Assembly (NCBI GenBank): GCA_002633005.1
Contig: NMRA01000347.1
Coordinates: 412,234 to 476,233, forward strand
Source: Phoronis australis
Lineage: Eukaryota; Animalia; Phoronida
Length of the DNA stretch: 64,000 bases
Direction of reading: 5' to 3'
Below, piece by piece: positions 49,201 to 62,762 of the stretch; the first letter of the stretch is position 1, and each line of letters starts with the position of its first letter. Made by a program: the position numbers and the translations under genes. The notes under the pieces were generated by a model, which searched no databases, was not told where the DNA came from, and was given only the letters and a program-made list of their open reading frames with translations.

Positions 49201-52200
49201 AAACTTCTTCAAAGCCAGAGTCTGTTGCAGCCTAGACTATAGTACGTTGTCTATAATCTATGGTTGCAGCCTACTGGGAGACCAACTTAGCAGGATATAA
49301 AAGTTTGCCATAATGGAACTACTTGTCTCGTCTTGGGCCACGCACGCACATGAGCATAACTATAAACGTGCACAATTGGATCGAGCATGCTGTTTGTAAG
49401 TTCAATTAAAATAGACTACATCTAGGCTCTCTCGGCGTAAGTTATGGTACAAGTATATGCACCATTGTCCCCAATAAAGGTTTTCTGTGGCGATTCACCA
49501 AAAATGAAGGCAGTGTGTGATGTGACTCATCTGCGTATGAATGTGTGGTAGAGATATGCGTCTTACTTTTAGTTATTTCCTGTAAACCATATTGGACGAA
49601 CATAGACCTTTAAATGACGGGAAAAGAGTCAATGATAGAATTAACACGAGAATTTTTAATCGACGTATAGAAATTACAAACATTTCATTCATTTCGTCAT
49701 ACCAGTCACCACAGAATAGGAATGCCGAATGGACATGCCATCAGTGCGCTCTCAGTTCCATCTACATGTGGTTTTGACAGCACGTCTTTGTTAAACTCTT
49801 CAATTTTCTGCTCAAGTGCATACAGAAGAATGAAATAATTAATATGATGGGTACACTATAAGACAGACGCAGTAGTGTTGAGCACTTCATGACAACCAAT
49901 TTCAAAGAAATAAGGATAAAATAAGAATGAAGTGATTGTTTTAATAAAGCTAAAAGAAGACCTCTGAGATCCATTCGAACCGTGCTGCATCAAGAACGCA
50001 TTCTTAACTCGTTTCATCTTGTGACGATCGCAAAATCGTATCAAAATATTCAATACTCGCTATTGTCTATGTCTGGATATACAATGTCGTAAACTCTAAA
50101 ATGACTGCGCTCCATATGACTTTAAAGCAGCGCGCCTTATGATCAAGCGATCAACAAAAACAAAATCAAGTAGTTCGCCTTATAACAGTGATGTCGTCAT
50201 AGCCGATGAAACGACAATCACTTAAACGGAATATAAAACACAAATACATGTCTGTAAACAGATATCGAGAGCTGTTCCAATTCAATAAACTAGAAGACAG
50301 CATTCTTTAATTAAAGCTGATTAAACGCCGTTTTATCGTCGCTATTATTGATTAATCTTTTGACAATTGCCTCGCGGCACCGGAAGTTAGTCCCCGCAGC
50401 TTTGATGTTTAACTGACGTCGTTTCATTCACTGGCAATCATACAATACCTTTCGGTTATAGTATTCTAGGGAAAAATGATGTAAAATGTACGCTTCCAAC
50501 GACCCCCGTGCACTTGAGAGTTATTTTGTCTTGCCGATGCCTCATTGTCTGAACGGCTACCTCGATGAAAACAATTCAATGGCTAAATAATGCATGGTGC
50601 CATTAACTGTGAATATCTACAGCGGATATTAAAGCAATAATGAACGATTTGTGAAGAGTCACACGTAAGCTTGGTTATTAATCTTGTTTGGCGAAATCCA
50701 ACTCTCATATGGAATAAGGAAACACTAAATTAATCCTGCTCATGTCTTAATATGCTGTTGTCACTAGAATCAATTCAAAGACACTCTTCGGAAATATACC
50801 CTTTCACCCACCGCGCATGCGCACATGCAAACTCCGTGTCTTTGGAACTGATACCAAACCTGTTTCAGGTTATACGGTATGGACGGACACTAACAACGAG
50901 TAGATCATTTAAAATGTTTCAACGCACTGCAACCCATGTCAACTATCAATATTTGTAGCAGGTTCAAGCATTCCTCACAAACGTCTACTAAATCGGTAAA
51001 CGTTACTAACGTTTTTCATTGCAGTTGATAAATCGCCCCTTGTAAGTCACACAATTCCTTTTTAACCCAATAAGGTATTGGTTAGCGAATCGCAACATTT
51101 CATCTCAAACCACACACTAGTTATGAGACAGCATGCGATGAAACCAATTTTGAGATTAAGATATCTTTAATCTAAAACTTGAATTTTCAAATTTGATTAA
51201 GGAACAGCTGCTCGAGAGGACGAACTTCCGGTTTACTTCCTGAGTTAGTACCACGCCACAGCTGTAACAATACTAACATTTCTATGCAAATTTATTGTTC
51301 ATTTGTTATAGTAGAAAAACCTTAACACTGCTCCTGTCATTGCTGGTTTTGTTTGTAGTATTGAAAACGATAGATGAGGAAAGAACTTCCACATTTTCTT
51401 TTTGGAAACTTTCATAGCTGCAAAAGTGTTGTTGAACAATAGTAGCATTTCTTACCTTTTCATTACCAATATTAAGTTGAATAAAGACGCCATCTTAACG
51501 TTCAAACCAAATGTCCTAAGTGTATGTGACATGTGACTCGTGTTATAGGCCTACCCAAATCCCGAAATATCACACTGCTGCAGTGATTCTCGGGTAGTTA
51601 CCTACAATGCAACGCGTAGGGAGCTGGCACTTTTCTGACACGTTCCTTGCTGCTGCCCAACATAACATCATTTTGCATCCAAATTAGTTACTAGTCATGA
51701 GGAAAATAAATTTGCCTTTTCAGTGTTGTCTACCGAATGTTGACATAAACTTTTTGACGAGTGGTGAACGATATATTTATTTTCTTTTTTGCCCGACGCT
51801 GCTCAGACTATTTGAAATCAGTTATACAATACACAATCTAATTTTTCCGCAACAGGAGACTTGATAAGAAAAGATGGGAACATTGTTTTAAAGCCACAAT
51901 GAACCTACCTACAGCGGTCAAATCTCTCTACTTTTTAGACCACTTTCTCCCGTAAAATAAGTCTTGATTTGAATTTCATTTAGTTAACACAAAAAATACA
52001 AGAAAAATGGAAGTAATTGAAAGTACAAGTGGAAACACGGAAAGCACAAAAGTCAGAGACTTGTTCCTTAGGGGTTACGAAGAACTTCCGGACGATTGAG
52101 GGCCTGGGGGACACAGTAGTGATGGAGATTAAATGAAAAGGGTGAGACAACTTATGGGGTGTGATATGCATCAACACAGTGTCAACTGTTTACGGATCCG

Positions 52201-55200
52201 GAAATCGCATCGAATTTTGAGTGATCAACTAGTTAGGACCAGATTAAAAACAGTGAGTGTTCTGAAGTAAAAAGTTATGTTTTATCGTCAAGTTGGTTTG
52301 TACCAGTTTTAACTTACCTCAATTTTATAATCTTGATCGTCACACGTGTCAAAATGGCGAGCAAACACCAAGGACACGTCACCTTTTCTTCTCCTGATAT
52401 CCAATAATTCATAATTTTGCTCGTCATCGGTGTGTAAAATTCCTTCAGCGTCTGTCCAAGTGTCCTATGTAGAAAGTAACTCGTTTTGAAAACAAGGTTA
52501 TTTAGGAAGGTACCGGGTCTTAGTACCGTTTGGGGCTAAACACTATGTGTGACCTTGAACTTGGTTGGTCCACCAACCACCTTTTGGGCTTGGGCTGTTT
52601 GATTCCTGTGTATTGCGCCAACCAGCTGAAAGTTGGCAAAACAATTCAAAGAAAATATAATGAAAATCAAAAATTCCCACAAGCTCAATACCCCCTGTCA
52701 ATAGTCACAAGTAATTGTTTCCTAAAAGGTAGATATTTGTGTTACGTCACCGGAGTGTTTAGTGATGAATTATATGTAAATGAATTGTTGTGTGGATGCA
52801 TTCAAGTGTTCGACCTGGAGTCAACAGTCGAGAGCCAGTCGTGACGCTGTGTAAACGCGTATGGAAGATGTCTGGACACAGCCAAACGCTTAATAGGCTG
52901 ATGGCTGAGTCTTGTAACAAAGTTGTGACCACAGGCTGGTGGTCGTCGAAGTCGGACGCTGACAATTTGCGTCCCATTAAAACGGGCGATCTTGAGGGCT
53001 ATCGTTAATTACGAAAATAAAAAATAACTTGTCATGTTGAGAAAACCTTTGTTGAATCCTTAATTTGGAAAACTTTGACTTCCTTACTAATGAAAGAGAA
53101 ATATTTCTAAATGAACATTGTCCGGAAAGGCTTGAACTAATGTTCGTTTTATCATGTTTAAAACATTATGAAACAATATTTTGGCCATTTTACCCAAAGT
53201 TCAGATAAAAACTTTCCACACTGTGTCAAACAATATACGCGACCTCTCCCCACTGTCGTTTATTAAATTGTCCGAAGTGTTCGCGCGTTTCCTTCTTAAG
53301 TAACATTTGTAAGTCTACTTGAAATTGACTCAAATTCCGGATTTAGTGTCCTTTTAAACGAAACAGTAAGGTTATCTTTAAAAAACGGAAAATTCTTGCG
53401 CACTGCCTTCGCTTAATTTCATTTCTAATAATCTAATACTCTTTTTGCCCAATCGTAAACGCCAACGTTGGAAAATAACGTCACTCTGTTCTGCATTTAA
53501 ACTGCCCACGATTTCAATCGAAGAAAATATTTCGGATTAATATCGTACTGTCACTCCTACTGCTGGAAAAGCACGTTGTTAGCCTCACCGTTGTAATGCG
53601 GAGTAGTGTCCGCTACTTGTACTGTACTTACAAGTAGCTGTATTATACTGAAGTTAATTGTTATGTAAACATCGGTGTTTACAAAGGTCAGATTATAAAT
53701 GTATCGGGAAAAGTTCATAATTTAAACAATGACAGAAGTCTGGAAAAAGCCAATACTGACTGAATAGCAGTCCTGGTCTAGATCGGAGAATATTAAGAAA
53801 TCTCTTAACGCTAAATACTTTAAATAAAGTCCTCGTGAAATGAATTTAATGCAAACCGGGAGTGAGCTCAATAGCCGTCTCGTGACGAGAAAAACTTGAC
53901 CACAATTATGTGCTCTCATTAAAAATACATGGCAATGTCTTACGAAATCTCGCGAAGATTTGTTCTTCTTGCGAGGTCCTAGCGTTTCATACATGTAGCT
54001 CTACCCAGGGCTTGAAATTTCTTTTGTGTCCGTGATGACACAGAACGAAAGAATCAGAACGGTAATGCTCCCATCAATAAATTATATTACGAGACCGATT
54101 TTGTGATTCACGAGCCAGTCAAACAGAGCGACAACGAATATGTCTCCAACGCTGTCTTTCTCTTATGGTCAAGCTTCGTTTAACGAATTTGCGCTCACGA
54201 TATAAAATTTGAGTCATCCTACGAAGTGATCACGATCGTACAAACTTTCTGAACGCAAATACGTGCGGCAGAAATGAAACCTTGCTCTCGGTTGCATGAA
54301 ACTTAGTTTCCCTAAATCTACTGAGTATTTGTGGACTTGTGAAATTCCGATTGTCCTTTCGTATGCTAATTAAGTGAATTTTCGGCCTGGTTACAAATCT
54401 AGAGTGAACACAGCGTTGAAAATAAGTAGGAATCTTTTCATGCAACCTCCCCTAATTTAAGGAACGAGTCTTTAATTATTTTGACTGAATTAAGGGTACG
54501 GTTATTAGTTACATTATAGGAAAACGTCGAGCTCATAATAAAGATAAAATTGTTACACCTGGTAGTAAAGATTGAAACGAATATGCAAAAGATTTAGGAT
54601 TACTTAGTTGAGTCCCTATTTGGAACCGATTCATACACCCGGGCACTGATATCTAAACCATAAGAGGTTGCGTAGTTGCTTTCGATACCCGTTCTTACAA
54701 GATGCTTTCCTACTTTTTTGATCTGAAAATACCAGTATGTGATAAATAAGCCTTCCGTCCCCTTTCTGGACCAAAGCGCACCGGTTTAGGTCAATTAATC
54801 AATCACTGTCCATCACTTTATACGATTGAAATTGCACATTTAATAGACAGACTTTGTGCTAATACTTTGGGTGCTAAGTCGCCTGATCAGTTCTTGAAAT
54901 CAGTCATTCATAGCATTGTGTAAGTAAAGTTGTTTTCCTTGGCTCCATTGACCAGCAGGGGTTTACACACTCCGTTTGGTAGTTCGTTGAGTTCAGAGGA
55001 TGTACACTGTATGTGGAGATAACTTCGAAGATACAAGAAAGACTGTACACGACTGTGATGGCTTACGAGCGCAACTTTCGCCGTTCGCTATCGAGAATTA
55101 CAAACCGTTTGCTTCTGACCTCGAACACTTGTGCCTTCAAACATTTGTCTAGTGTTTTCGGGGACAATAGATGCCTCGAAAAGACGAGTAAATTAGACTC

Positions 55201-58200
55201 GTGGGCGTTTCCGCCATGATAAAACGAGCAAAATGGATTTTGTTTTGCCACGGGTCCGCCATTGTTTCAAATCTCGCACTTCAAATTTGCTTAGGCAGCA
55301 TTACTGACAAGCTGACATGAAATACCCCAAAATGCTCTGTGCGAGCATATGGCTTACGGACTTGTTACAGTGCCAAACACAAAAGGCGGATGAAGTGGCG
55401 GTTGGCGAAGAATGTTTTGAACACACAAGGGTTTCTGATAACGCGTGTTTTGTTCGTTTAGAAACGTGGGCGCACTTAATTACTGGTAATGTTTGCGATG
55501 ATGGGGAACATCCAATAGGGTTATGCAAGAATTGTTTAATAATATTTATGATATCAAACAAAAAATTCGATAACTGCATTTGCTTTGGACACATTGTTAT
55601 TTTACAATCTAGTCAATATTTGACGTGAACCCATTATTAGCAAAATTGTAAAACACCCAAACTCACTGGTGCCTTAATCTCTGTCTATTCTTTTGAAATT
55701 GTCTGGTTTTTAAATCGCGTGCAGTTACGTTTTCGTAAGTGTTAATGGGATTGAGTTCGATCGCCTATTACATGTATAAGTCTATGCATAATGTTGTGGT
55801 TTGACTCCATGAGTGGAAACCGGAAACACTGATAGCGGCACCTGTGGCCCGTTTCACATATGAAAAGTGACAAATTGTCTCAGACATGTTATCATACCTT
55901 CTTGTTTTGTTTTTACAAATAATTTCGTGTGCATTGGCTAAAACTTCGTACTTGGCTTTAAAGTTGATTCTTTAAGTTGTGTGTGTAATTTAAAGCCGTA
56001 CAAACCATTTTCTGGTGTTTCAAGCACGAGCTCATGTCACAGGAGTAAATCTCGACCTTTCTTAATAGCTTCATTGGGGGTTTATCGTTTGCTTCGTATC
56101 AACCATTCACGCGAATTTATAGAGATAGTTTTGGACATGCATGAATTCATATAAAAATTGTAATAAGTTGTGATCAACTGAAATTGCCAGTGCATAATAA
56201 ATGTGTCTCAAAGGTAAGCAGTTGCAATATAAACGTGGTGTAACACTACAGGTCATCAATCCATACCATGTCACGTGACAATTTTGGTTAAGCGTGTTTC
56301 TCAAAGGGCTAAACGAATGGATAGAGAACATGAAGTTGTTAGTTTTGACCAGAACTGCGAAACCATAAAATCCGTTGTGCTTTGGGGATTTCATTACCAA
56401 TCGCCAATTCTCGCTGTTGTTTTCCAGGCATTTGTTAAAATTAATATCGTTTTTTTTTACAATTGAATACGTATTAAATACACAGCTATATTTGGCTCTA
56501 TGGTAAAATTGATGATTTTGGCAAAATAATTTTTTTCGTCGAGAATTTCTCTTTAAAGATACTACACTGCGTTTTACTTGGTTTTGCAGGAAAAATTCTC
56601 ATCAGTCGAGAGACGGGGGCCGTTTTATACTTTAAAGTTATAGCTGGTTACTATATCAGTGTTTTACTAGCTTAATTTTAGTATTTACGCACACGGAAGT
56701 GCAGTTTTAACAGGAAAAAAGATACAAGTTCGGCACTAGATATTGTTGATTCCATCGTCACCTAAACGAGTTTGGAGATCAATTGACATACAATTTTCAA
56801 ATGACGTTGCATCGCACGCAGTCTCCAGGACGCTTATTAGGTCAATGACACACCGTTCAATTTCAACTTGACATTCGGGAGTTGAATATTTAACTGAAAA
56901 TCAACACTGTGACATTTCCTCTAATGAGATATGTTTTAAGCTAAATACTTTAAATCAACTTGTAACGCGAAATCTATACGGAGTTAAATTACGTTTAGTG
57001 GTACAGCTTCCGTGTAGTGCTTGAGTCGGCTGGAATAAAAATGACGCATTGTCCACCTTGCTTGGAAAGAAATCGATTTGCGCGAAATCGACACCTAAAT
57101 ACGGTGCTTTAGAACAAAACACGTCAAATAATCAATCGTTTTTGGTGATGTGAGCTGCGTAAACCTTGTGTGATGTCTGGAACAATACTTTCGGTTTCCA
57201 TGTCTACTACTGTTCACTATTGCATAGCAAAGACTGGTTGTTTTTGCAATATACTACAACGTGCTTTCAGTCTTTGGATACAGAATAGGAGGAAGTTTAT
57301 TGTGAGAAAACTGAGTTCACGAAACACCACCAAAATGCTGTTAGAGGAGGGAGAGTGTTTCGGGAGAATGATCGAGACCTTACTATGGCAGCAAAATGGC
57401 TTCCATCGAAGTAGAGTTTATAAGCTGGGAGATAGAATTCTCTGCTTCCGTTTCACGAGGGAAGTTTTTTCGCCGTAAGCTTATCGCGTATATTCTGCGT
57501 CTGGGGAACTCAACCCAGTTTGTAGCGTTAACTCTGCACCAAACTTGTACGCGCTACGGCCAACACACACCCTGGTAAAATATTTTATGTACACAGAAAG
57601 AGAATTTTTCGCGCAAAGTCCTTTCTTGAAGAGTCATGGAACGCGAAAGCTCGTCAAAAATATCTTTTTAAACAATTCCTATCGAAAGTATCAGTTCGCG
57701 CAATGTCTAGTACAGAGTTATTCACTTTCCCTATGAGGAACTTTCCAGAAAAAATCACAAAATTCACGAATTTGAAATACACGCGAAGGAAAAATTCAGT
57801 GGTTAGCACAGAATTTCTAATCTCCTTTCTACTTATGATAAATGCACGCTTGAGAGAGTTGTGCTACATCTATTTCTTGCCATACCAAATAAGGAGACGT
57901 ATTTTTCCTTGTAGAAAAAAAATCGACGAAGTGGCGAGCAATTGAGAGATCTTTTTTTTGAAATTTGAAACTAGATAAAATGCTTTGAAATGAGCACAAA
58001 ATTAAAACTCTTTACGATCAAACCCAAAAAATACATGGTGACAAGTTGAATCCTGATTCAGCGCCAGAGAACTACTTTCAATGTTGCAATTGATTCGGTT
58101 TATCCCGTTCTAGGCCTCTTCAAGGTTTTGAGAAGACATTGCCAGCGTCCCATAGGCGATAATTATGCGACGCGCTTACGCCCGTCGCATGGATCTCACA

Positions 58201-61200
58201 AGTTAAACAATAGCTTGCGAAATCCAAACGACATCATTTGGCACGGGTTCTTTCTATCTAAACTATATTTCAATCACTGATGTCCCCAGCTGCAGGCGAC
58301 AGAAGACGATTTACGTCTATACCCAGACAACTGGCGCTGTTACGTGAGGAAAATGAACATCAAGACAGAGATTTGGTCTGACGCTCCTACTTCGCTATTG
58401 TTGAATAAAGGTTCAACTAAATAAGTATTGGCATATCAAAGTCTAGCAGTAATTCATAGAAACTATCGCGGTAAACAACAGTTATGCGTAAATTCTCAGA
58501 GACTTGCAATTTCGCTCAAAGCATGTATTATGTTCCAGAAATAGTTTTTGGGAGCGTAATTCCTGACTTAAGTTAAGTCTTACATTTCACTCAGGGAGGC
58601 ACATTTTGTGATGGCGTTTGATACGTTCACAAGTAATGTACGTAGGCATTATCAGTACTTACGCCTGAACATTGAAATGCTGAAATAAATATAAATTTGT
58701 TTATTTTTCTTGCATGGCGACTTGTTTCTACATACTGTCAAAATATGTTCAGAAGAGACCCGCGATTGATAAAAAGTGGGTAAATCTTCAGATAGGACTT
58801 ACAGATGTCCAAACTGATTTGGTGATGGAAATTGATTCCTATTACGATATGGAACGATTTGAAACATAATTAGTGTGGTTGAGTTATTTGGTTTGTTTTA
58901 GTTAGTACAAAAGAAATGCCCCTAAACTTCTCTGATAAACGAAGATGGATAAAGTGAAATCGATTTTAATATAGTTCGGTTCGCGCAACCTTCAAAAAAG
59001 GTTCTGTTTTCAGTAATATAGATTTAATTTATGGAAATGGTCCCAGCTTCGAGCGTGAAGCCTAGTTAAGTTGAATATATTCAAAGATTAGTTATGACTT
59101 TCACAGTCTCGTATATTTCTGGTATCTTGCTGCGCCGTCTAAAGGTACGGCGCGAGCGCTAAATAATGACTACGTTTACCAACGTTTTACTTACACGTTT
59201 GATGCATTATCGTATTATGCCCGGTAATTGTGAAGAGAATTTATGTTCGTTTACAAATATTTATGATCTTTCCTATCGACCAGAGCTTGAAGGCATTTGG
59301 ACTATACAGTGTACGCTCATGTGACTGGCTGGGTTATCAACACGATACAAAGCCGGATATCTAGTCCTTTCAACTTGTAAATTGTTTCTAAACAAGTCAT
59401 ACGCAAAGTTGTATTCTTAGCAGTCTTCACACGATTGGCTAATTTCGCTACAAAAATAACGGACTTAAGTGACATTGTCTGCGAGAAAACTCGTTTGCTG
59501 ATACCAGCTCTAGTGCGGATTGAACCCGGAACTCGCGTACCAGCTAAACACTTTGAGTTACATTCCAGTGTATTAGAGTAGTAAAGTCATCGGCCATGTT
59601 TTCAGCGAATGTCTGGCAAACAGTGACGAGAATTTTAGTGGCGATTTTTAAAAATTTCCAAAACAAAATGGATTTTACTATTTTATGGCTCTGGTCAAAG
59701 TTTACAGCTTCAAAAATTTTGTCCCATTAAATAACAACTAAGACTGCGTTTTCCGCCGTAAAACACGCTTTAGCCAATTCTCATATAAATTTTCCGAAGA
59801 AATTCCATTATACATGTACATTTTAAGTTCAACGCCAACAGCTCATACGGTATGGTCTAAAGAGAAAACCATGAGAGTGTCCGAAGAGGGCCTGTCAGTC
59901 TGTATCACTGAAGCTCTGGAATCGACATCCTTTTCCAAAATCATGGGCGGCGCACCACAAAGGGGGCATGGTGGCTATAACCCCCCCCCCCCCACACACA
60001 CACACACACTTTTTTCAGTGCTGCGCCGCCCATTACAACATCCATTTGAAGTAAATGATAGCGTGCACCCACTCCCGGCCCATAGCGAGGTGCAAATGCA
60101 AACGCACGTACAGTGTACCCTGAGAAAGCTGAGAAGCTTCACGTGACTTCTTCACGCGTCATTTTAGAATTCGCAATTTTAGGTTTGGTCAACCCCAATA
60201 AACTCCGAAGCATTTTCTAGAGTCGACAATGGTTTCAATATCCATGGTAACGGAAACTGAATACCATTGAGGCAAGGACTGTTGCGAGACCGATTTTTTG
60301 AAAGTATAAGGCCCAGTTCGATTTTAGTGTTTAAGTCATCTTAACTAAAAACTATGGTTAGAACTTATGCACGTATTCCCTATTACTGTCGTGGATTCCA
60401 GTTTAAAGATGAAGTGAAAGTTCGCTGTCGTTCAACAGCAAGGTCCTATACTTTGCACCGGCGCTCGCTCTCAATTTAGGTGGGCGCTCGTGTTATTGAA
60501 CACACTCGCCAGGTCATCTCCCGGTGGAGGACTATTTTAAAGAAATGTACGTGGGGGAATAATACGACCTCGGACGTCTGGCTACTGGTATAGGAAACTA
60601 GGGTAGTTAATAATGTATATCAACCACACACGACTACTACTGACAAAGTACAATGCAGTTCGACGCGAATCGTTTTCTTCTGTACCAAGCGCTGCAAGAT
60701 CTTTGCATGGGAGGAAATCACGGAACGGAAAAAAAAAAACGTTCACGGGTTTTTCCCCATGACAATCCCTCGTTTGAATCTTTCTTCAACAGGCAACCAC
60801 GTAAATATTCCTTACCAAATCTTTTTCTACCGTCTTTAAGGCATGTGATTTTTTAGCGTAATTGTTAGCCCCTTGAGACTTGCCGTGCAATCATTTATTT
60901 ANACATCCGTTTGAAGTTAATGATAGCGTGCACCCACTCCCGGCCCATAGCGTGGTGCAAATGCAAACGCACGTGCCCTGAGAAAGCTGAGAAGCTTCAC
61001 GTGAGTTCTTCACGCGTCTTTTTAGAATTCGCAATTTTAGAGTTGGTCAACCCCAATAAACTCCGAAGCATTTTCTAGAGTCGACAATGGTTTCAATATC
61101 CATGGTAACGGAAATTGAATACCAATGAGGCAAGGACTGTTGCGAGACCGATTTTTTGAAAGTATAAGGCCCAGTTCGATTTTAGTGTTTAAGTCATCTT

Positions 61201-62762
61201 AACTAAAAACTATGGTTAGAACTGATGCACGTATCCCCTATTACTGTCGTGGATTCCAGTTTAAAGATGAAGTGGAAGTTCGCTGTCGTTCAACAGCAAG
61301 GTCCTATACTTTGCGCCGGCGCTCGCTCTCAATTTAGGTGGGCGCTCGTGTTATTGAACACACTCGCCTGGTCATCTCCCGAAGGAGGTCTATTTTAAGG
61401 AAATGTACGTGGGGGAATAATACGACCTCGGACGTTTGGCTACTGGAATAGGAAACTAGGGTAGTTAATAATGTATATCAACCACACACGACTACTACTG
61501 ACAAAGTACAATGCAGTTCGACGCGCATCGTTTTCTTCTGTACCAAGCGCTGCAAGATTTTTGCATGGGAGGAAATCACGGAACTGAAAAAAAAAAACGT
61601 TCACGGATTTTTCCCCATGACAATCCCTCGTTTGAATCTTTCTTCAACAGGCAACCACGTAAATATTCCTTACCAAATCTTTTTCTACCGTCTTTAAGGC
61701 ATGTGATTTTTTAGCGTAATTGTTAGCCCCTTGAGACTTGCCGTGCAATCATTTATTTAAACCTACGTACAAGTGACTGATCATATGAGCATTAGCAGAT
61801 AACAATTTGCTCAACGTGTGAACTTTTCTTACAATCCTAGAAACAATTTAATCTATCACATGACGAGTTGCTTTGTGTACACGTGGTGTTCGCTTGCGCA
61901 TCATGGGTTCTACACATGTACGCCCGAAAAACACATTTTGGAATTAGTGTTGGATGGAATGGCTTTGTTGAAGGCACATATACATAGGAGTATTGACTAG
62001 AACAATTAATCAACGAAATATGTTGTGTTATCCGGCCGTCGTTAGATTCGGCGTTGTTGCTCATTCAGAAAAAAAGATTTTCTAGCCGACATTGTCCTTT
62101 CAATGGTTTGTTGATTTAGATACAGTGGACAGAGTGTGTGTTTACAAATGGCGCTAATGACCCAAGTACTCTTGAATGTACTAGATATACTAGACGTGCG
62201 TAGTTCAGTGCTCTGATACTAGACTCCTTGTACACATTATACACTGTATGTAAGTACCAACTGACCAACAAGATGAAGACTGAATCTGAATAAGCCAAAC
62301 ACAAGACTCAATAAAATACTTTCACATGTTACCACTTTATATTACTAATACTGTTTAATATAACTGTTGTTTCCTAATTACCTGAAAGTGGTCTTTGCTC
62401 CTTCCGTCAGTCCAAAACATTACCAGATCCGCGTTCGTAGGTTCCCCGTAACTGGAGAAGCCAAAACCAAGCCAATGATGCTCCGCGTTATCCGTGAACG
62501 CAGAGCTAAGTTCCAAAAGAATTGTATTCTTTGAGTACATGACTGCCCAGTCCAGGCGAAGCCGGTGGTGGCGGTCTAGGTCTATGTGATATTCAAGTGG
62601 ATTTCTCTGCGGTGATTTTTTATTCTCCGCCGTAAATAACGACGCAGAGAACGAGCTTACAAAACAGGTCACCAAGAAAACCCACACTCTCAAGAGTTTT
62701 GAGCATGAGAGTTTTCTGCCCAGAGAGATTTTTGTAGCTTGCCTGAAATCTTTCAACACCAT
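43255..62762 (-). CDS. DBH: Dopamine beta-hydroxylase / tyramine beta-hydroxylase (DOMON plus copper type II ascorbate-dependent monooxygenase)
   Basis: Exons 62762-62382 (signal anchor and DOMON, WLGFGFSSYG), 52464-52318 (FARHFDTCD), 48200-48027, 47550-47287 (ETTYWC, VHHMEVFHC, GAWAMGA), 46530-46428 (MLEIHYNNP), 46124-45958, 45621-45439 (FASQLHAHLTGR), 44725-44666, 44441-44314 (DEMCVNYIHYYP), 43799-43646, 43335-43255 (GLWNGISPPKV...TAG). The copper ligands are present. DBH versus TBH activity cannot be decided from the sequence, and the start Met is tentative. Confidence 0.93.
44122..44182. repeat. Degenerate (TTA/TTG)n microsatellite in a DBH intron
   Basis: ttattattgttatta...ttactgttactgttgttgttattatt. 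Confidence 0.7.
59505..59596 (-). mobile_element. Possible tRNA-derived SINE head
   Basis: Minus strand begins ggccgatgac and carries a B-box-like GGGTTCAATCC; degenerate. Confidence 0.35.
59942..60034. mobile_element. Short MITE-like element with ~15-bp inverted termini and an internal poly-C/(CA)n tract
   Basis: atgggcggcgcaccac ... gtgctgcgccgcccat. Confidence 0.65.
60038..61759. other. ~860-bp near-identical direct duplication across an N; probable haplotype or contig-overlap artefact
   Basis: 60038-60901 is repeated at 60903-61759 with scattered substitutions and small indels; the N at 60902 is exactly at the junction. Confidence 0.85.

Noticed and set aside
52318-52464. Suspected frameshift in DBH exon 2
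   Set aside because: Re-reading gives an intact 147-nt frame (IRRRKGDVSLVFARHFDTCD).
60038-61759. Tandem pair of 67-aa ORFs (60653 and 61511) suggesting a nested gene pair
   Set aside because: Both come from the N-centred duplication, and the peptide has no recognisable features.
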